Origin: an uncultured Chitinophagales bacterium
GTDB taxonomy: Bacteria > Bacteroidota > Bacteroidia > Chitinophagales > S012-47
NCBI GenBank assembly: GCA_964413685.1
Contig: CAYPSW010000005.1
Location: 35,394 to 99,393, forward strand
Length of the DNA: 64,000 nt
Direction of reading: 5' to 3'
This document shows, piece by piece, positions 36,656 to 47,153 of this stretch. A program made the translations under genes and the position numbers. Under the pieces are notes generated by a model that was given only the letters and a program-made list of their open reading frames with translations, was not told the origin of the DNA and did not search any database. Numbering within the stretch: position 1 is the stretch's first letter; every line of letters starts with the position of its first letter.

Positions 36656-37804
36656 CTAACGGTTCACAACGAAGCGATCGGTAACAACAGAAGCTCCATC
36701 ATTGATGTTGATCATGTAAATACCATTAGCCAATTTGGATACGTCAATTTGATTTTTACTCACTGATTTCCCAAAACTAGCCTGATAAATAATCTGACCT
36801 TGCAAATTACTGATACTCACACTATAATCATTTAATTGAGCTGCATCAAAATCAAGATTCAAAATGTCGTTAGCAGGATTTGGATAGAGGTCAAATTTCA
36901 AATCGCTTACAGGATTTTCAATGCCGACAGGATTTAAAACCGTTACATAGGACCAGATGCTGAAGTTTTCATTTAAATTGTCTTCAGGATCGGCTGGACC
37001 GTCATAACTACCGTTACCATTGCAATCTCTATAGAGGAAATTATCTCCACCATTATGTGGCCACATATCTAATAGCGGACCATAATTAAAGTAAAAATAA
37101 CTTGATGGCCAGGTCAGACTGCGATAAGCTGAGTAGTTGCATTGACCAAAAGCGCCTCCATCGGTAAAACCAAAGATATAAGCACAAGTGTCAATCTTTG
37201 CACCCATATAATCTAGCCGGACTCCAAAAGCATTTGGAGGAGTTACCGTGATATTTGGCGTAACGAAGAAGGTTGGTAATTGATTAAGAGCCAAACCCGT
37301 GAAACTGGTATTTGAGATGAACATGGTATCCCAGATATTGGTTTCGGTGGGGTCTCCTTTAGCATCTAATGCAACGACCCTGAGATGAAGGGTATCGTTT
37401 GTGCCACTGTTATTTACGTGACCCATACGCCAAAAAATACTATCAATAACAATGTTGTTAATCGTACCATAATCATAGCCTTGCAAAGTTGAATAATCAA
37501 CAATGGTATCGAAACCAACGGCAATCCAGTCATTAGTAAAAGTATCAGGAACCGGAGAATAATTCAAGTTCATAACATCATAAAATGTTTGATACTGGGT
37601 ACCAGAGAAATCAGATTCTAATGCCTCATAATCGAGGTAGAAACTTGAAGAAGTTCTTTTCTGAATAGTGGGAGCGTGATGTTTTGCACCCAACATTTGA
37701 GGAATATTTCCGGTTTTGCCTGAATAAGGACTAATGGTTCCATTTTGGGCGAATGTACTACCCACGAACAAAGCCATTGTTAACAAAGTGTAAAGTTTTT
37801 TCAT
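36656..37804 (-). CDS. T9SS type-A sorting domain protein with an unknown beta-rich passenger
   Basis: Signal peptide MKKLYTLLTMALFVGSTFA; CTD from LYPNPAND through LANGIYMI to DRFVVNR; -7 motif TAAATTTG at 37864-37857. Confidence 0.88.
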   Translation of the reverse strand: MKKLYTLLTMALFVGSTFAQNGTISPYSGKTGNIPQMLGAKHHAPTIQKRTSSSFYLDYEALESDFSGTQYQTFYDVMNLNYSPVPDTFTNDWIAVGFDTIVDYSTLQGYDYGTINNIVIDSIFWRMGHVNNSGTNDTLHLRVVALDAKGDPTETNIWDTMFISNTSFTGLALNQLPTFFVTPNITVTPPNAFGVRLDYMGAKIDTCAYIFGFTDGGAFGQCNYSAYRSLTWPSSYFYFNYGPLLDMWPHNGGDNFLYRDCNGNGSYDGPADPEDNLNENFSIWSYVTVLNPVGIENPVSDLKFDLYPNPANDILNLDFDAAQLNDYSVSISNLQGQIIYQASFGKSVSKNQIDVSKLANGIYMININDGASVVTDRFVVNR

Positions 37805-37915
37805 GTTTGAGAATTTACTGTTAAAAGATAAATTTTTTCATTCCATTTCAGATGCTCAAATTTAATCAAAATATGTAAGTATTTACAAAAGCACTGAGTG
37901 GATTTTAAAATTCTG

Positions 37916-38494
37916 TTATTTTTCTGACATTCCTGTCTGATAACAATAACGGCACCGTGGCTCATATTTGTCCTTTTCACCCAAAACAATCTGGTCTGAA
38001 TCTTTTGAAATCCGATAGGAATACATGGCAGGATTCCCACATTGCATACAAACAGCATGCAGCTTAGTTACGAATTCTGCAGCAGCCATCAAATCGGGTA
38101 TAGGGCCAAAGGGATTGCCAAGGTAGTCCATGTCGAGCCCGGCAACAATTACACGGATGCCCCGGACGGCCAATGAATTACAAACCTCCAATAAGCCATT
38201 ATCAAAAAATTGAGCTTCATCAATGCCGATTACATCTGCTTCACCGGCCAACAATAATATATTTTGAGAACTAGGGACAGGGTTTGATCTGAACATATTT
38301 TCATCATGAGAAACGATATTTTTTTCATCATATCGGGTATCAATAATAGGTTTAAAAATCTCAATACTTTGATTAGCAAATCGGGCTCTTTTCAATCGTC
38401 TGATTAATTCTTCTGTTTTTCCTGAAAACATAGAACCACAAATAACTTCAATCCAACCTCTTTTTTCTCCTTTGATATGCGGTTCAAGAAACAT
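37916..38494 (-). CDS. tdk: Thymidine kinase
   Basis: [20 protein letters not shown] and AGLDMD motifs; Zn-binding CMQC and CRYC. Confidence 0.97.
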   Translation of the reverse strand: MFLEPHIKGEKRGWIEVICGSMFSGKTEELIRRLKRARFANQSIEIFKPIIDTRYDEKNIVSHDENMFRSNPVPSSQNILLLAGEADVIGIDEAQFFDNGLLEVCNSLAVRGIRVIVAGLDMDYLGNPFGPIPDLMAAAEFVTKLHAVCMQCGNPAMYSYRISKDSDQIVLGEKDKYEPRCRYCYQTGMSEK

Positions 38495-38541
38495 TTTTCG
38501 TTAGGTTCTGGTTATATTTGCATCAAGATAATTAGTAAAAA

Positions 38542-39228
38542 ATGACTCATTCGTTCCGCACAAATTTAGAAGTCCTACTCGATAAATTAAATCTTTTATC
38601 AAACAACCTGAAAAAGCAGGAATCTGTATCCCAAATTGACATCGATCTGATGATTCGCTATACACAAAAAGTGTACGAATTGCTATTGGAAGAACAAAAA
38701 GGGAATATGATTGTTGATAATAACTTGAATATCAACGTTAAAGAGAAAAGAGTAGAAGAAAAGCAAAATTTTAAATCCGAAACTCCAACGAAAATCAAAG
38801 AAATTAAAAATCCTGCTAAGCAGGCGGCATCAAATGAAAAAACTGAGACAAAAAAGAAACCGATGCAGGTGATGTCTAAAACCAAACCGCAAAAAAACTT
38901 TGTCAGCGAAGAGGCTGAAGATGATTTTAATTCGCTCAATAAAAAATTCAGCAAAGACTCCGTGATGCTGGCTGATCAGCTTAAGGAAAAACCCATTAAA
39001 GATCTCAATAAAGGTATCGACCTCAATGATAAATATTGGTTTATCAATGATTTGTTTAATGGTAAGCCGGGTATTTTTAACGAGCACCTTAAAACGTTGA
39101 ATAAGATGAATAATCTGGAGGAAGCACTTTTGTTTATTGAAAAGGAAATTAGAACACAATTTGACTGGAAGGGGAAGGAGCGAAGCAGCAAGAAATTCTT
39201 ATCTTTCATTTACAGGCGATTTGCCTGA
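38542..39228 (+). CDS. Uncharacterised cytoplasmic protein (helical N-terminus, charged linker, compact C-terminal domain)
   Basis: 228-aa ORF; C-terminal IKDLNKGIDLNDKYWFINDLF...IYRRFA; TATATTTG -7 motif at 38513-38520. Confidence 0.8.
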   Translation: MTHSFRTNLEVLLDKLNLLSNNLKKQESVSQIDIDLMIRYTQKVYELLLEEQKGNMIVDNNLNINVKEKRVEEKQNFKSETPTKIKEIKNPAKQAASNEKTETKKKPMQVMSKTKPQKNFVSEEAEDDFNSLNKKFSKDSVMLADQLKEKPIKDLNKGIDLNDKYWFINDLFNGKPGIFNEHLKTLNKMNNLEEALLFIEKEIRTQFDWKGKERSSKKFLSFIYRRFA

Positions 39229-39281
39229 GAGTCTGTTAAAACTTTTTTTAAGTCCAGACCGTTACTTATTGAAATGATAAT

Positions 39282-39758
39282 ATGAAATCGAAGTCAAAAT
39301 TTCTCGCGTTAATCTTACTGTTAATTTCTTTGAATTTACAGGCTCAGCAAAATGAGAGGATTCATTTTTATAAAGGTAGCGTTGAAGACTTGTATGCGAC
39401 TGCTCAGGCTGAAGGGAAACCCATTTATGTAGATGTAATGGCATCCTGGTGCGGCCCCTGTAAATGGATGGCAAGAAATGTATTTACCAATAAGAAGGTT
39501 GCAACCTATTACAATGCGAATTTTATCAATTATTCGCTCGATATACAGAAGGGTGAAGGAGTTGATTTTGCAAATAAATTCAGGATTTCATTGTTACCAA
39601 CACACCTTTTTCTATATCCTGACGGAAAGGAATTCTCAAGATATCTCGGGGCAATGAATAAAAGCGAATTTTATCTTTTTGGCGAAGGCATCGTGCATGA
39701 TATAGGGCCGATTCAACCTCAGGATGTTCTTAAGAATCAGAAAGCAGGAAGCGAGTAA
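39282..39758 (+). CDS. Exported thioredoxin-family protein
   Basis: Signal peptide and WCGPC active site. Confidence 0.88.
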   Translation: MKSKSKFLALILLLISLNLQAQQNERIHFYKGSVEDLYATAQAEGKPIYVDVMASWCGPCKWMARNVFTNKKVATYYNANFINYSLDIQKGEGVDFANKFRISLLPTHLFLYPDGKEFSRYLGAMNKSEFYLFGEGIVHDIGPIQPQDVLKNQKAGSE

Positions 39759-40971
39759 TTTGCTCAGTTCCTCCGATATGATTCATAATATACTGATTCG
39801 CTTTTCTTCCTGCATTCATGCGCTCATCTTCATTTGAATATTTCCTTAGAGCTGCCTTAAAGGATCTTTGATTATTTACTGTAAGTGCTGCATTCAGCTC
39901 AAGCAATTCGAGTGCCTCCAGCGATTTTTTGTGCTTGGGTCCGAAAATAAGTGGTATTCCGTAAACGGCTGCTTCCAGCACATTGTGTACACTACGGCCA
40001 AAACCGCCACCAATATAAGCCAGATCGGCATAGCGGTAAAGTTTTGATAAAATCCCCATCCTGTCAATAATCAGAATGGATGCATCATCTCTTTTTTTAC
40101 TATCCCATTTGCTGAATAAAATGGCGTGCTTAAACAGAGATTTAATTTGAGTAAGATGCCTAATATTAACTTCGTGTGGGGCAAGAATCAGTTTAGCCTT
40201 TTCAGGTAAAATCAGTAAATTCTTTGCCAAGAGTTTTTCATCTTCGAGCCAGGTACTACCGGCAACAATAAGGAAAGCATCATGGCAAAATTCATCAATT
40301 GCTGATATATTCCATTTCTCGGAAGCGATCTCCACAACCCGATCGAATCTGGTGTCATAGGCAACACTCACATTATGTACCCGATGGGAATGTAATAATT
40401 TTAATGAGGCTTCATCCTGTACAAAAATGTGTGATAGTTGTCTTAGCTTTTCCATGAAAAACTTACCCGGGAAATAAAAGAACCATTGTTTTGGTCTGAA
40501 AACCGCAGCAATTAATACGGTCTTAATTTTTCTTTCTGTGAGTTCGGAGATGTAGTGATACCACAATTCGTATTTAACCATCAATACCAGATCAGGATTA
40601 GCCCATTCGATAAAGTAGCGGGCATTAGCTTTCGTATCAGCAGGAAGGTAGAGTACCAAGTCGGCCAGAGGATCTGTTTTTTTTGCTTCGAAACCGGAAG
40701 GGGAGAAAAATGTTAAAAGAAAAAATGAGCTCTTATGCGCTTGTCTAAGTGCTTCCCAAACCGGCTTTCCTTGTTCATATTCTCCCAGCGAAGCACAGTG
40801 CATCCATATCAATGATTTCTTCTCTGGATTTGCGTTAAGCAATTTATGCTTCCATCCTTTACGTCCGGTAACCCATTTTCGCGCTTTTATAATAAAAATA
40901 GCTGAAAAATGTATGCTGGCGATGTAAAGCCGAAGAGACAGATTGTAAATCAAAAGCCAGAATAACTTCAT
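39730..40971 (-). CDS. waaA: 3-deoxy-D-manno-octulosonic acid (Kdo) transferase
   Basis: WMHCASLGE, VAGSTWLEDE, ILAPHE and GGFGRSVHNVLE motifs. Confidence 0.93.
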   Translation of the reverse strand: MKLFWLLIYNLSLRLYIASIHFSAIFIIKARKWVTGRKGWKHKLLNANPEKKSLIWMHCASLGEYEQGKPVWEALRQAHKSSFFLLTFFSPSGFEAKKTDPLADLVLYLPADTKANARYFIEWANPDLVLMVKYELWYHYISELTERKIKTVLIAAVFRPKQWFFYFPGKFFMEKLRQLSHIFVQDEASLKLLHSHRVHNVSVAYDTRFDRVVEIASEKWNISAIDEFCHDAFLIVAGSTWLEDEKLLAKNLLILPEKAKLILAPHEVNIRHLTQIKSLFKHAILFSKWDSKKRDDASILIIDRMGILSKLYRYADLAYIGGGFGRSVHNVLEAAVYGIPLIFGPKHKKSLEALELLELNAALTVNNQRSFKAALRKYSNEDERMNAGRKANQYIMNHIGGTEQITRFLLSDS

Positions 40972-41807
40972 TAGTAGATATATTCTTTATTGCTACCACC
41001 GGAAAGATAAAACGGCAATATCCAGGAAAATTTAAGTCCCATCAGAAAGTCTTTTCTGAGGCTATTATCTGGCAATCCGGTATTGAAATTTACTGACCTT
41101 CTGTTGCGGGTAAAGCCCTGAACTGTTTCCAAACCAATTCGATAATTTATCATGTGGTTATCGCTTAAATATTGCCACCCGACAAATTCAGAAAAAGTGA
41201 TTCCGTTTGTCAATCGGTCATATCCTTTCTTTAATTCTTTGCTTAATTGAGGGAGTTTTGAAGGCTCATCAAACTGAAAGCGAATTTTATGTTGGAGAAA
41301 GCCAACCTGTACAGCCGTCCAAAGACCCGAAAATTCGTTTTGTTTATTGAAAGAAAATAAGTGCCCATACAAAAATTGAAAATGATAAGCTCTTTCCTGC
41401 ATTATAGGTTCGTATAATAGTCCATCGAGCCCAATAAGAAATCCCCTTTGTGTTAGTAAATCAGTCATGATACTGTCTTCTCTCACTTTGTCACCAAACA
41501 TAAAATCTATACTCAGACCTAGTGTATTTCCGCGATTAGTTTGAAAGTAGAAACCAGTTCCTACCAGACCATTTGTTGCAAATCGTTTTGCCATATCAGC
41601 AAGAGGCAATTGAAGCCCTCCGCTGAAAACCGGATAAATTACTTTTTCCGTAACATTTTTACTTTGAGCCGTTGCATTCCGGACTGTGAAACTGCTAAGA
41701 AAAAAGATAAAGAATAATCTAAATAGAACGAGAGCGTTGAAATGAAACTTAATACCGGATATGCAGGTGTTTACCTGCTGGGGAATGTATCTCTTAATAA
41801 AGTTCAT
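40971..41807 (-). CDS. Uncharacterised secreted protein, probably an outer-membrane beta-barrel, coupled to waaA
   Basis: Amphipathic strands, 1-nt overlap with the waaA start. Start moved to ATG 41807 because the ORF-track TTG falls inside the -7 motif. Confidence 0.72.
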   Translation of the reverse strand: MNFIKRYIPQQVNTCISGIKFHFNALVLFRLFFIFFLSSFTVRNATAQSKNVTEKVIYPVFSGGLQLPLADMAKRFATNGLVGTGFYFQTNRGNTLGLSIDFMFGDKVREDSIMTDLLTQRGFLIGLDGLLYEPIMQERAYHFQFLYGHLFSFNKQNEFSGLWTAVQVGFLQHKIRFQFDEPSKLPQLSKELKKGYDRLTNGITFSEFVGWQYLSDNHMINYRIGLETVQGFTRNRRSVNFNTGLPDNSLRKDFLMGLKFSWILPFYLSGGSNKEYIY

Positions 41808-41812
41808 TGCGC

Positions 41813-41832
41813 ACAAATATACTTATATTTGT
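41813..41832. promoter_or_regulatory. Back-to-back -7 elements forming a 20-bp palindrome
   Basis: ACAAATATA-CT-TATATTTGT contains TATATTTG on both strands (41821-41814 minus, 41824-41831 plus). Confidence 0.75.
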
Positions 41833-41853
41833 CCTGCTTAAAACAGGGCTCTG

Positions 41854-42981
41854 ATGAGAAAAATACAAATGGTTGATTTGACGACACAATACAAAAAAAT
41901 TCGAGAAGAAATCGACCATTCGATCGCTGATGTTATTCATTCGGCTAGCTTTATTAACGGTCCTGAAGTCAAGAAATTCTCTTCGAATTTGGCGGCATAT
42001 CTTGGCACTGCTCATGTGATTCCATGCGGTAATGGAACAGATGCTTTACAAATTGCCCTGATGGCTCTCGGACTGAAACCCGGTGATGAAGTCATTACGA
42101 GCCCTTTTACCTTTGTTGCTACTGCTGAAGTTATTGCCTTATTAGGTCTGAAACCGGTATTTGTTGACATTCATCCTGATACATTCAATCTTGACGAAAA
42201 TAAGGTTGAAGCGGCCATCACGAATAAAACAAAATGCATAATTCCGGTTCATTTGTTCGGGCAGGCATGCGAAATGAAAAGCATCATAGGCTTGGCAAAG
42301 CAGCATGAATTATTTGTTGTAGAAGACAATGCTCAGGCTACAGGAGCTGCCTTTCGAGCGGAAGGTGAATGGATTAAAACCGGCACAATGGGTGATTTTG
42401 GCTGTACCTCTTTTTATCCATCAAAAAACCTCTCGACTTTCGGAGATGGCGGGGCCTTGTTCACAAACAATGATGTATTTGCTGAAAAAGCCAGCGTGAT
42501 TTGTAATCATGGTTCGAGTAAAAGGTATTATTACGATGAAATTGGTGTCAATTCGAGACTTGATTCGATGCAAGCCGCCATACTCAATGTGAAACTCAAA
42601 TATCTTGATAAATATAATAATGCAAGGCGATTGGCTGCTGATTTGTATGATCAGCTGCTGGCTGGTTCAGGGGAAGTGAAAACGCCTTTTAGGGCAAGCT
42701 ATGCAAAACATGTTTTTCACCAATATACCATTCTGGTAAGCAGGAAAAGAAATGAATTGCAAGAATTTCTGGCCAGATATGAAATCCCATCCATGATTTA
42801 CTATCCGGTGCCATTACATGTAAGCTCCGCTTACGGAGCATTTGGATATAAACAGGGAGATTTTCCGGAAAGTGAATTAGTGGCGAAGGAAGTCTTAAGC
42901 TTACCAATGCATACCGAACTCAATCATAATCAGCAGCAATTTATTGCTGAAAAAATACAGGAATTTTTTACAAAAAATTAA
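41854..42981 (+). CDS. DegT/DnrJ/EryC1/StrS PLP-dependent sugar aminotransferase (WbpE/GnnB-like)
   Basis: GNGTDAL, PVHLFGQ, EDNAQ, SFYPSKNL and NSRLD motifs. Confidence 0.93.
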   Translation: MRKIQMVDLTTQYKKIREEIDHSIADVIHSASFINGPEVKKFSSNLAAYLGTAHVIPCGNGTDALQIALMALGLKPGDEVITSPFTFVATAEVIALLGLKPVFVDIHPDTFNLDENKVEAAITNKTKCIIPVHLFGQACEMKSIIGLAKQHELFVVEDNAQATGAAFRAEGEWIKTGTMGDFGCTSFYPSKNLSTFGDGGALFTNNDVFAEKASVICNHGSSKRYYYDEIGVNSRLDSMQAAILNVKLKYLDKYNNARRLAADLYDQLLAGSGEVKTPFRASYAKHVFHQYTILVSRKRNELQEFLARYEIPSMIYYPVPLHVSSAYGAFGYKQGDFPESELVAKEVLSLPMHTELNHNQQQFIAEKIQEFFTKN

Positions 42982-42985
42982 TCAA

Positions 42986-44296
42986 ATGAATATTGCTGTT
43001 GTAGGCACAGGATATGTAGGATTAGTAACAGGAACTTGTTTGGCTGAAACAGGAAATCATGTCATATGTATTGATATTGACAAAGCCAAAGTGGATATGC
43101 TCAACCATGGCAAAGTGCCTATTTATGAGCCACATCTTGACGTTTTATTTGAGCGGAATATCAAGGCAGGCCGACTTACATTTACTAGCAAATTGGAAAG
43201 TGCAATCGATGAAGCTACTGTTGTTTTTCTTGCCTTGCCTACACCACCCGGTGAAAATGGCTCCGCTGATTTGAGCTATGTGCTGAAAGTTGCTTCAGAT
43301 CTGGGAAAGATGATAAATAAATATAAAGTAATTGTTGATAAAAGCACAGTTCCTGTGGGAACAGCTGAGAAGGTAAAGCAAGCCATTTCGGTAAATGCAA
43401 ATTGTGCATTTGATGTTGTCTCCAATCCTGAATTTCTTCGTGAAGGTTTTGCAGTGGATGATTTTATGAAACCCGACCGTGTGGTAGTGGGCGTAGATTC
43501 TGACAGAGCCCGAAATGTAATTGAAAGGCTTTATAAACCGTATGTCAGGCAGGGAAATCAGATCCTCTTTATGGATATCCGGGCAGCCGAACTCACTAAA
43601 TATGCAGCCAATGCATTCCTTGCCACCAAGATAACTTTTATGAATGAAATTGCCAACTATTGCGAAAAGGTTGGTGCTGATATCGATAGTGTTCGTATAG
43701 GAATCGGATCGGACACGAGAATTGGCAAGCGCTTTCTTTTTGCGGGCATCGGTTATGGCGGAAGTTGTTTCCCGAAAGACGTGCAGGCCTTGGTGAAGTC
43801 AGGTAAAGAAGCCGGCTATCATTTTCAAATTCTTGATTCAGTTATAAAGGTCAATCAACATCAGAAGTTAGTATTGTTGCCAAAGCTCGAAGCTCATATC
43901 GGAGATTTAAAAGGGAAAAAGATCGCACTTTGGGGATTGTCCTTTAAGCCGGAAACAGATGATATTCGTGAATCTCCTGCTTTGGAGATATTGAAAGCCT
44001 TACTTGAACAAGGAGCAGAAGTAGCTGCTTATGATCCCGAGGCTATGGAAAATGTGAAAAGACAATTTGATTTTGATATTCAATTCGGAACAGATCAGTA
44101 TGAAATTTTAAATAGTGCCGATGCTTTATTAATTGCAACAGAATGGAGTCTTTTCAGAACACCTGATTTTCCGAAAATGGCTAAGCTCATGAAAAACAAA
44201 GCTATTTTTGATGGCAGGAATCTGTACGACCTGAAGGAAATGAAAGAAAAGGGGTTCTATTATTTCAGTATTGGAAGAGAAACTATTGAAATATAA
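42986..44296 (+). CDS. ugd: UDP-glucose 6-dehydrogenase
   Basis: Start moved to ATG 42986 (MNIAVVGTGYVG); KSTVPVG, SNPEFLREG and GGSCFPKD motifs. Confidence 0.93.
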   Translation: MNIAVVGTGYVGLVTGTCLAETGNHVICIDIDKAKVDMLNHGKVPIYEPHLDVLFERNIKAGRLTFTSKLESAIDEATVVFLALPTPPGENGSADLSYVLKVASDLGKMINKYKVIVDKSTVPVGTAEKVKQAISVNANCAFDVVSNPEFLREGFAVDDFMKPDRVVVGVDSDRARNVIERLYKPYVRQGNQILFMDIRAAELTKYAANAFLATKITFMNEIANYCEKVGADIDSVRIGIGSDTRIGKRFLFAGIGYGGSCFPKDVQALVKSGKEAGYHFQILDSVIKVNQHQKLVLLPKLEAHIGDLKGKKIALWGLSFKPETDDIRESPALEILKALLEQGAEVAAYDPEAMENVKRQFDFDIQFGTDQYEILNSADALLIATEWSLFRTPDFPKMAKLMKNKAIFDGRNLYDLKEMKEKGFYYFSIGRETIEI

Positions 44297-44299
44297 ATC

Positions 44300-45283
44300 A
44301 TGGAAAGTATCTTAATTACAGGAGCTGCTGGGTTTCTTGGTTCACATCTTTGCGACCGGTTTATCAAGGAAGGATTTCAGGTTTCCGGTATGGATAATCT
44401 GATAACAGGTGATTTGCGCAATATTGAACATCTCTTCAGTCATCCAAATTTTACTTTCTATCAGCATGATGTTACCAATTTTGTACATATACCGGGTAAG
44501 TTGGATTATATTCTTCATTTTGCCAGTCCTGCCAGCCCGATTGACTATTTAAAAATTCCAATTCAAACTCTGAAAGTAGGAAGTGTGGGAACCTTGCGGC
44601 TTTTGGGTTTGGCTAAAGCAAAAGGAGCAAGAATTTTAGTTGCGTCCACTTCTGAAGTTTATGGCGATCCATTGGTTCACCCTCAAACAGAGACCTATTG
44701 GGGGAATGTAAATCCTATCGGTCCCCGAGGTGTTTATGATGAAGCCAAACGATTTCAGGAAGCCATCACGATGGCCTATCACCGCTTTCATGGGGTGGAA
44801 ACCAGAATAGCCCGGATTTTCAATACCTATGGACCCAGAATGCGCATGAATGACGGAAGAGTATTGCCTGCTTTTATTGGTCAGGTGCTTCGTCACGAAG
44901 ACCTAAGCGTTTTTGGAGATGGAAGCCAAACCCGCTCTTTTTGCTTTGTTGACGATCTTATTGAAGGTGTTTTTAAACTACTGATGAATGATTATTGCGA
45001 TCCGGTAAATATTGGAAACCCTAACGAAATACCAATCATCGATTTTGCCCGGGAAGTTATTGCACTTACCGGTAGCAATCAAAAAATTGTGCATCATGAA
45101 TTACCGGTGGATGACCCAAAACAAAGACAACCGGATATAAACCTGGCAAAAAAAATATTGCATTGGGAACCCATTATTCCAAGGCTGGAAGGTTTGAAAA
45201 GAACCTTTGAATATTTTAAAAATCTGCCTGAAGAATACTGGTATGATAAAGCCAATAATTTTGAAAATTATATCAGAAGATGA
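44300..45283 (+). CDS. UDP-glucuronate decarboxylase (UDP-xylose synthase) family
   Basis: [42 protein letters not shown] and DDPKQR motifs. Confidence 0.88.
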   Translation: MESILITGAAGFLGSHLCDRFIKEGFQVSGMDNLITGDLRNIEHLFSHPNFTFYQHDVTNFVHIPGKLDYILHFASPASPIDYLKIPIQTLKVGSVGTLRLLGLAKAKGARILVASTSEVYGDPLVHPQTETYWGNVNPIGPRGVYDEAKRFQEAITMAYHRFHGVETRIARIFNTYGPRMRMNDGRVLPAFIGQVLRHEDLSVFGDGSQTRSFCFVDDLIEGVFKLLMNDYCDPVNIGNPNEIPIIDFAREVIALTGSNQKIVHHELPVDDPKQRQPDINLAKKILHWEPIIPRLEGLKRTFEYFKNLPEEYWYDKANNFENYIRR

Positions 45284-45852
45284 ACGATTATTTTGCACAT
45301 GAATCATCCTATGTTGATGAAGGATGCCAAATAGGAGATAGAACGAAAATCTGGCATTTTTGTCATGTCATGAAGGGTGCAATCATCGGTAGACAATGCA
45401 ATATCGGGCAAAATGTATTGATCGCCTCCGGTGTCAGATTAGGTAATAATGTAAAAATCCAAAATAATGTTTCGGTCTATACCGGAGTGATATGCGAAGA
45501 TGATGTATTTCTTGGGCCAAGCATGGTTTTTACCAACGTGACTAACCCGAGAAGCGCAGTGAATCGAAGGGGTACTTATAGTCCGACCTTGGTAAAGAAA
45601 GGAGCTTCAATAGGTGCAAACGCTACTATTGTTTGTGGCCATACCATTGGCCGTTACGCTTTTATAGGGGCTGGAACGGTAGTAACCAAAGACGTACCGG
45701 ATTATGCTTTAGTAGTAGGAAATCCTGCAAAACAAATTGGCTGGATGAGCGAATTTGGACATCGTTTGCAATTTGACAATCAAGGATTGGCCTGCTGTCC
45801 GGAAAGCGAGGAGAAATATCAATTACAAAATAATCAAGTAGTGAAGTTATGA
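45280..45852 (+). CDS. WbpD-like hexapeptide-repeat N-acetyltransferase
   Basis: [34 protein letters not shown] and GNPAK motifs. Confidence 0.9.
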   Translation: MNDYFAHESSYVDEGCQIGDRTKIWHFCHVMKGAIIGRQCNIGQNVLIASGVRLGNNVKIQNNVSVYTGVICEDDVFLGPSMVFTNVTNPRSAVNRRGTYSPTLVKKGASIGANATIVCGHTIGRYAFIGAGTVVTKDVPDYALVVGNPAKQIGWMSEFGHRLQFDNQGLACCPESEEKYQLQNNQVVKL

Positions 45853-47144
45853 GCTTGTATGATGCATTGATTAACAAAAATGAAAAACTGGCAGTCATTG
45901 GATTAGGCTATGTCGGATTGCCTATCGCATTGGCATTTGCCGAAAAAATCAAAGTCGTTGGTTTTGATATTAATCAAGAGAGAATCGAATTAATGAAGAA
46001 GGGCGTGGATCCAAGCAAGGAATTGCCCTCAGAAGAATTCGAAAATAAAGAGATCCTTTTCAGCGCTGACGAAAAAGATCTGACCGATGTAAAATGCTTT
46101 ATAGTGGCCGTTCCTACCCCAGTTGATAGTCATAATGTTCCCAACCTTAAACCGGTTTTATCAGCGTCAAAAAGTGTTGGGAAAAGTTTGAAAAAGGGCG
46201 ATTATGTCATTTATGAATCAACCGTTTATCCGGGATGTACTGAGGAAGATTGTGTCCCTGTACTTGAAGCATCGAGCGGACTCACATTTATCCGCGATTT
46301 TAAGGTTGGATTCTCACCGGAAAGAATAAACCCTGGTGATAAAGAACATTCGCTGTCAAACATTACAAAAGTGGTTTCTGGCTGTGATGTCGAATCATTA
46401 AATATTATTGCTCAAATTTACGAACTGGTTGTGAAAGCCGGAATTCACAGGGCATCTTCCATTAAGGTGGCCGAAGCTGCGAAAATTATTGAAAATACAC
46501 AGCGCGATTTGAATATTGCCTTGATGAATGAACTTTCACGAATTTTTGATTTGCTGAATATCAATACATCAGATGTGCTTGCCGCAGCCGGAACCAAGTG
46601 GAATTTCCTCCCCTTCAAGCCTGGTTTGGTTGGTGGCCATTGCATCGGAGTTGATCCCTATTATCTGACCTATAAAGCTACTTCCCTGGGGTATAACCCT
46701 AAAGTTATTCTAAGCGGCAGATCCATTAACGATAATATGGCATCCTACGTTGCTACAAAGACAGTTCAACATATCATGAAAGCCGGTAAGAATCTCAGCA
46801 ATTCCAATATACTTGTGATGGGTACCACCTTTAAGGAAAATGTCAGCGATATCAGAAATTCTAAAATTGCCGATTTAGTTAATGAATTGAAAAATTTTTC
46901 AGTTCATGTTGATGTTGTTGATCCTTATGCCTCTGCCGATGAGGTGAAAGCAGTTTATGGGTATGATTTGCTGTCGGAACCAGTCGGGAATTATGATGCC
47001 ATCGTGATAGCAGTTAATCATAATCAATATCTTGAGCTCAACGAGGAAGACTTGTTGAAGTGGACAAATAAACCGGGTATTTTGATTGATGTAAAGGGTA
47101 TTTTTAAAGACAAAATACATCAAATGAATTATTGGTCTCTGTAA
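45849..47144 (+). CDS. UDP-GlcNAc/GalNAc 6-dehydrogenase (WbpA/WbpO/TviB-like)
   Basis: [35 protein letters not shown] and GGHCIGVDP motifs. Confidence 0.9.
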   Translation: MSLYDALINKNEKLAVIGLGYVGLPIALAFAEKIKVVGFDINQERIELMKKGVDPSKELPSEEFENKEILFSADEKDLTDVKCFIVAVPTPVDSHNVPNLKPVLSASKSVGKSLKKGDYVIYESTVYPGCTEEDCVPVLEASSGLTFIRDFKVGFSPERINPGDKEHSLSNITKVVSGCDVESLNIIAQIYELVVKAGIHRASSIKVAEAAKIIENTQRDLNIALMNELSRIFDLLNINTSDVLAAAGTKWNFLPFKPGLVGGHCIGVDPYYLTYKATSLGYNPKVILSGRSINDNMASYVATKTVQHIMKAGKNLSNSNILVMGTTFKENVSDIRNSKIADLVNELKNFSVHVDVVDPYASADEVKAVYGYDLLSEPVGNYDAIVIAVNHNQYLELNEEDLLKWTNKPGILIDVKGIFKDKIHQMNYWSL

Positions 47145-47153
47145 TGAGAAATT

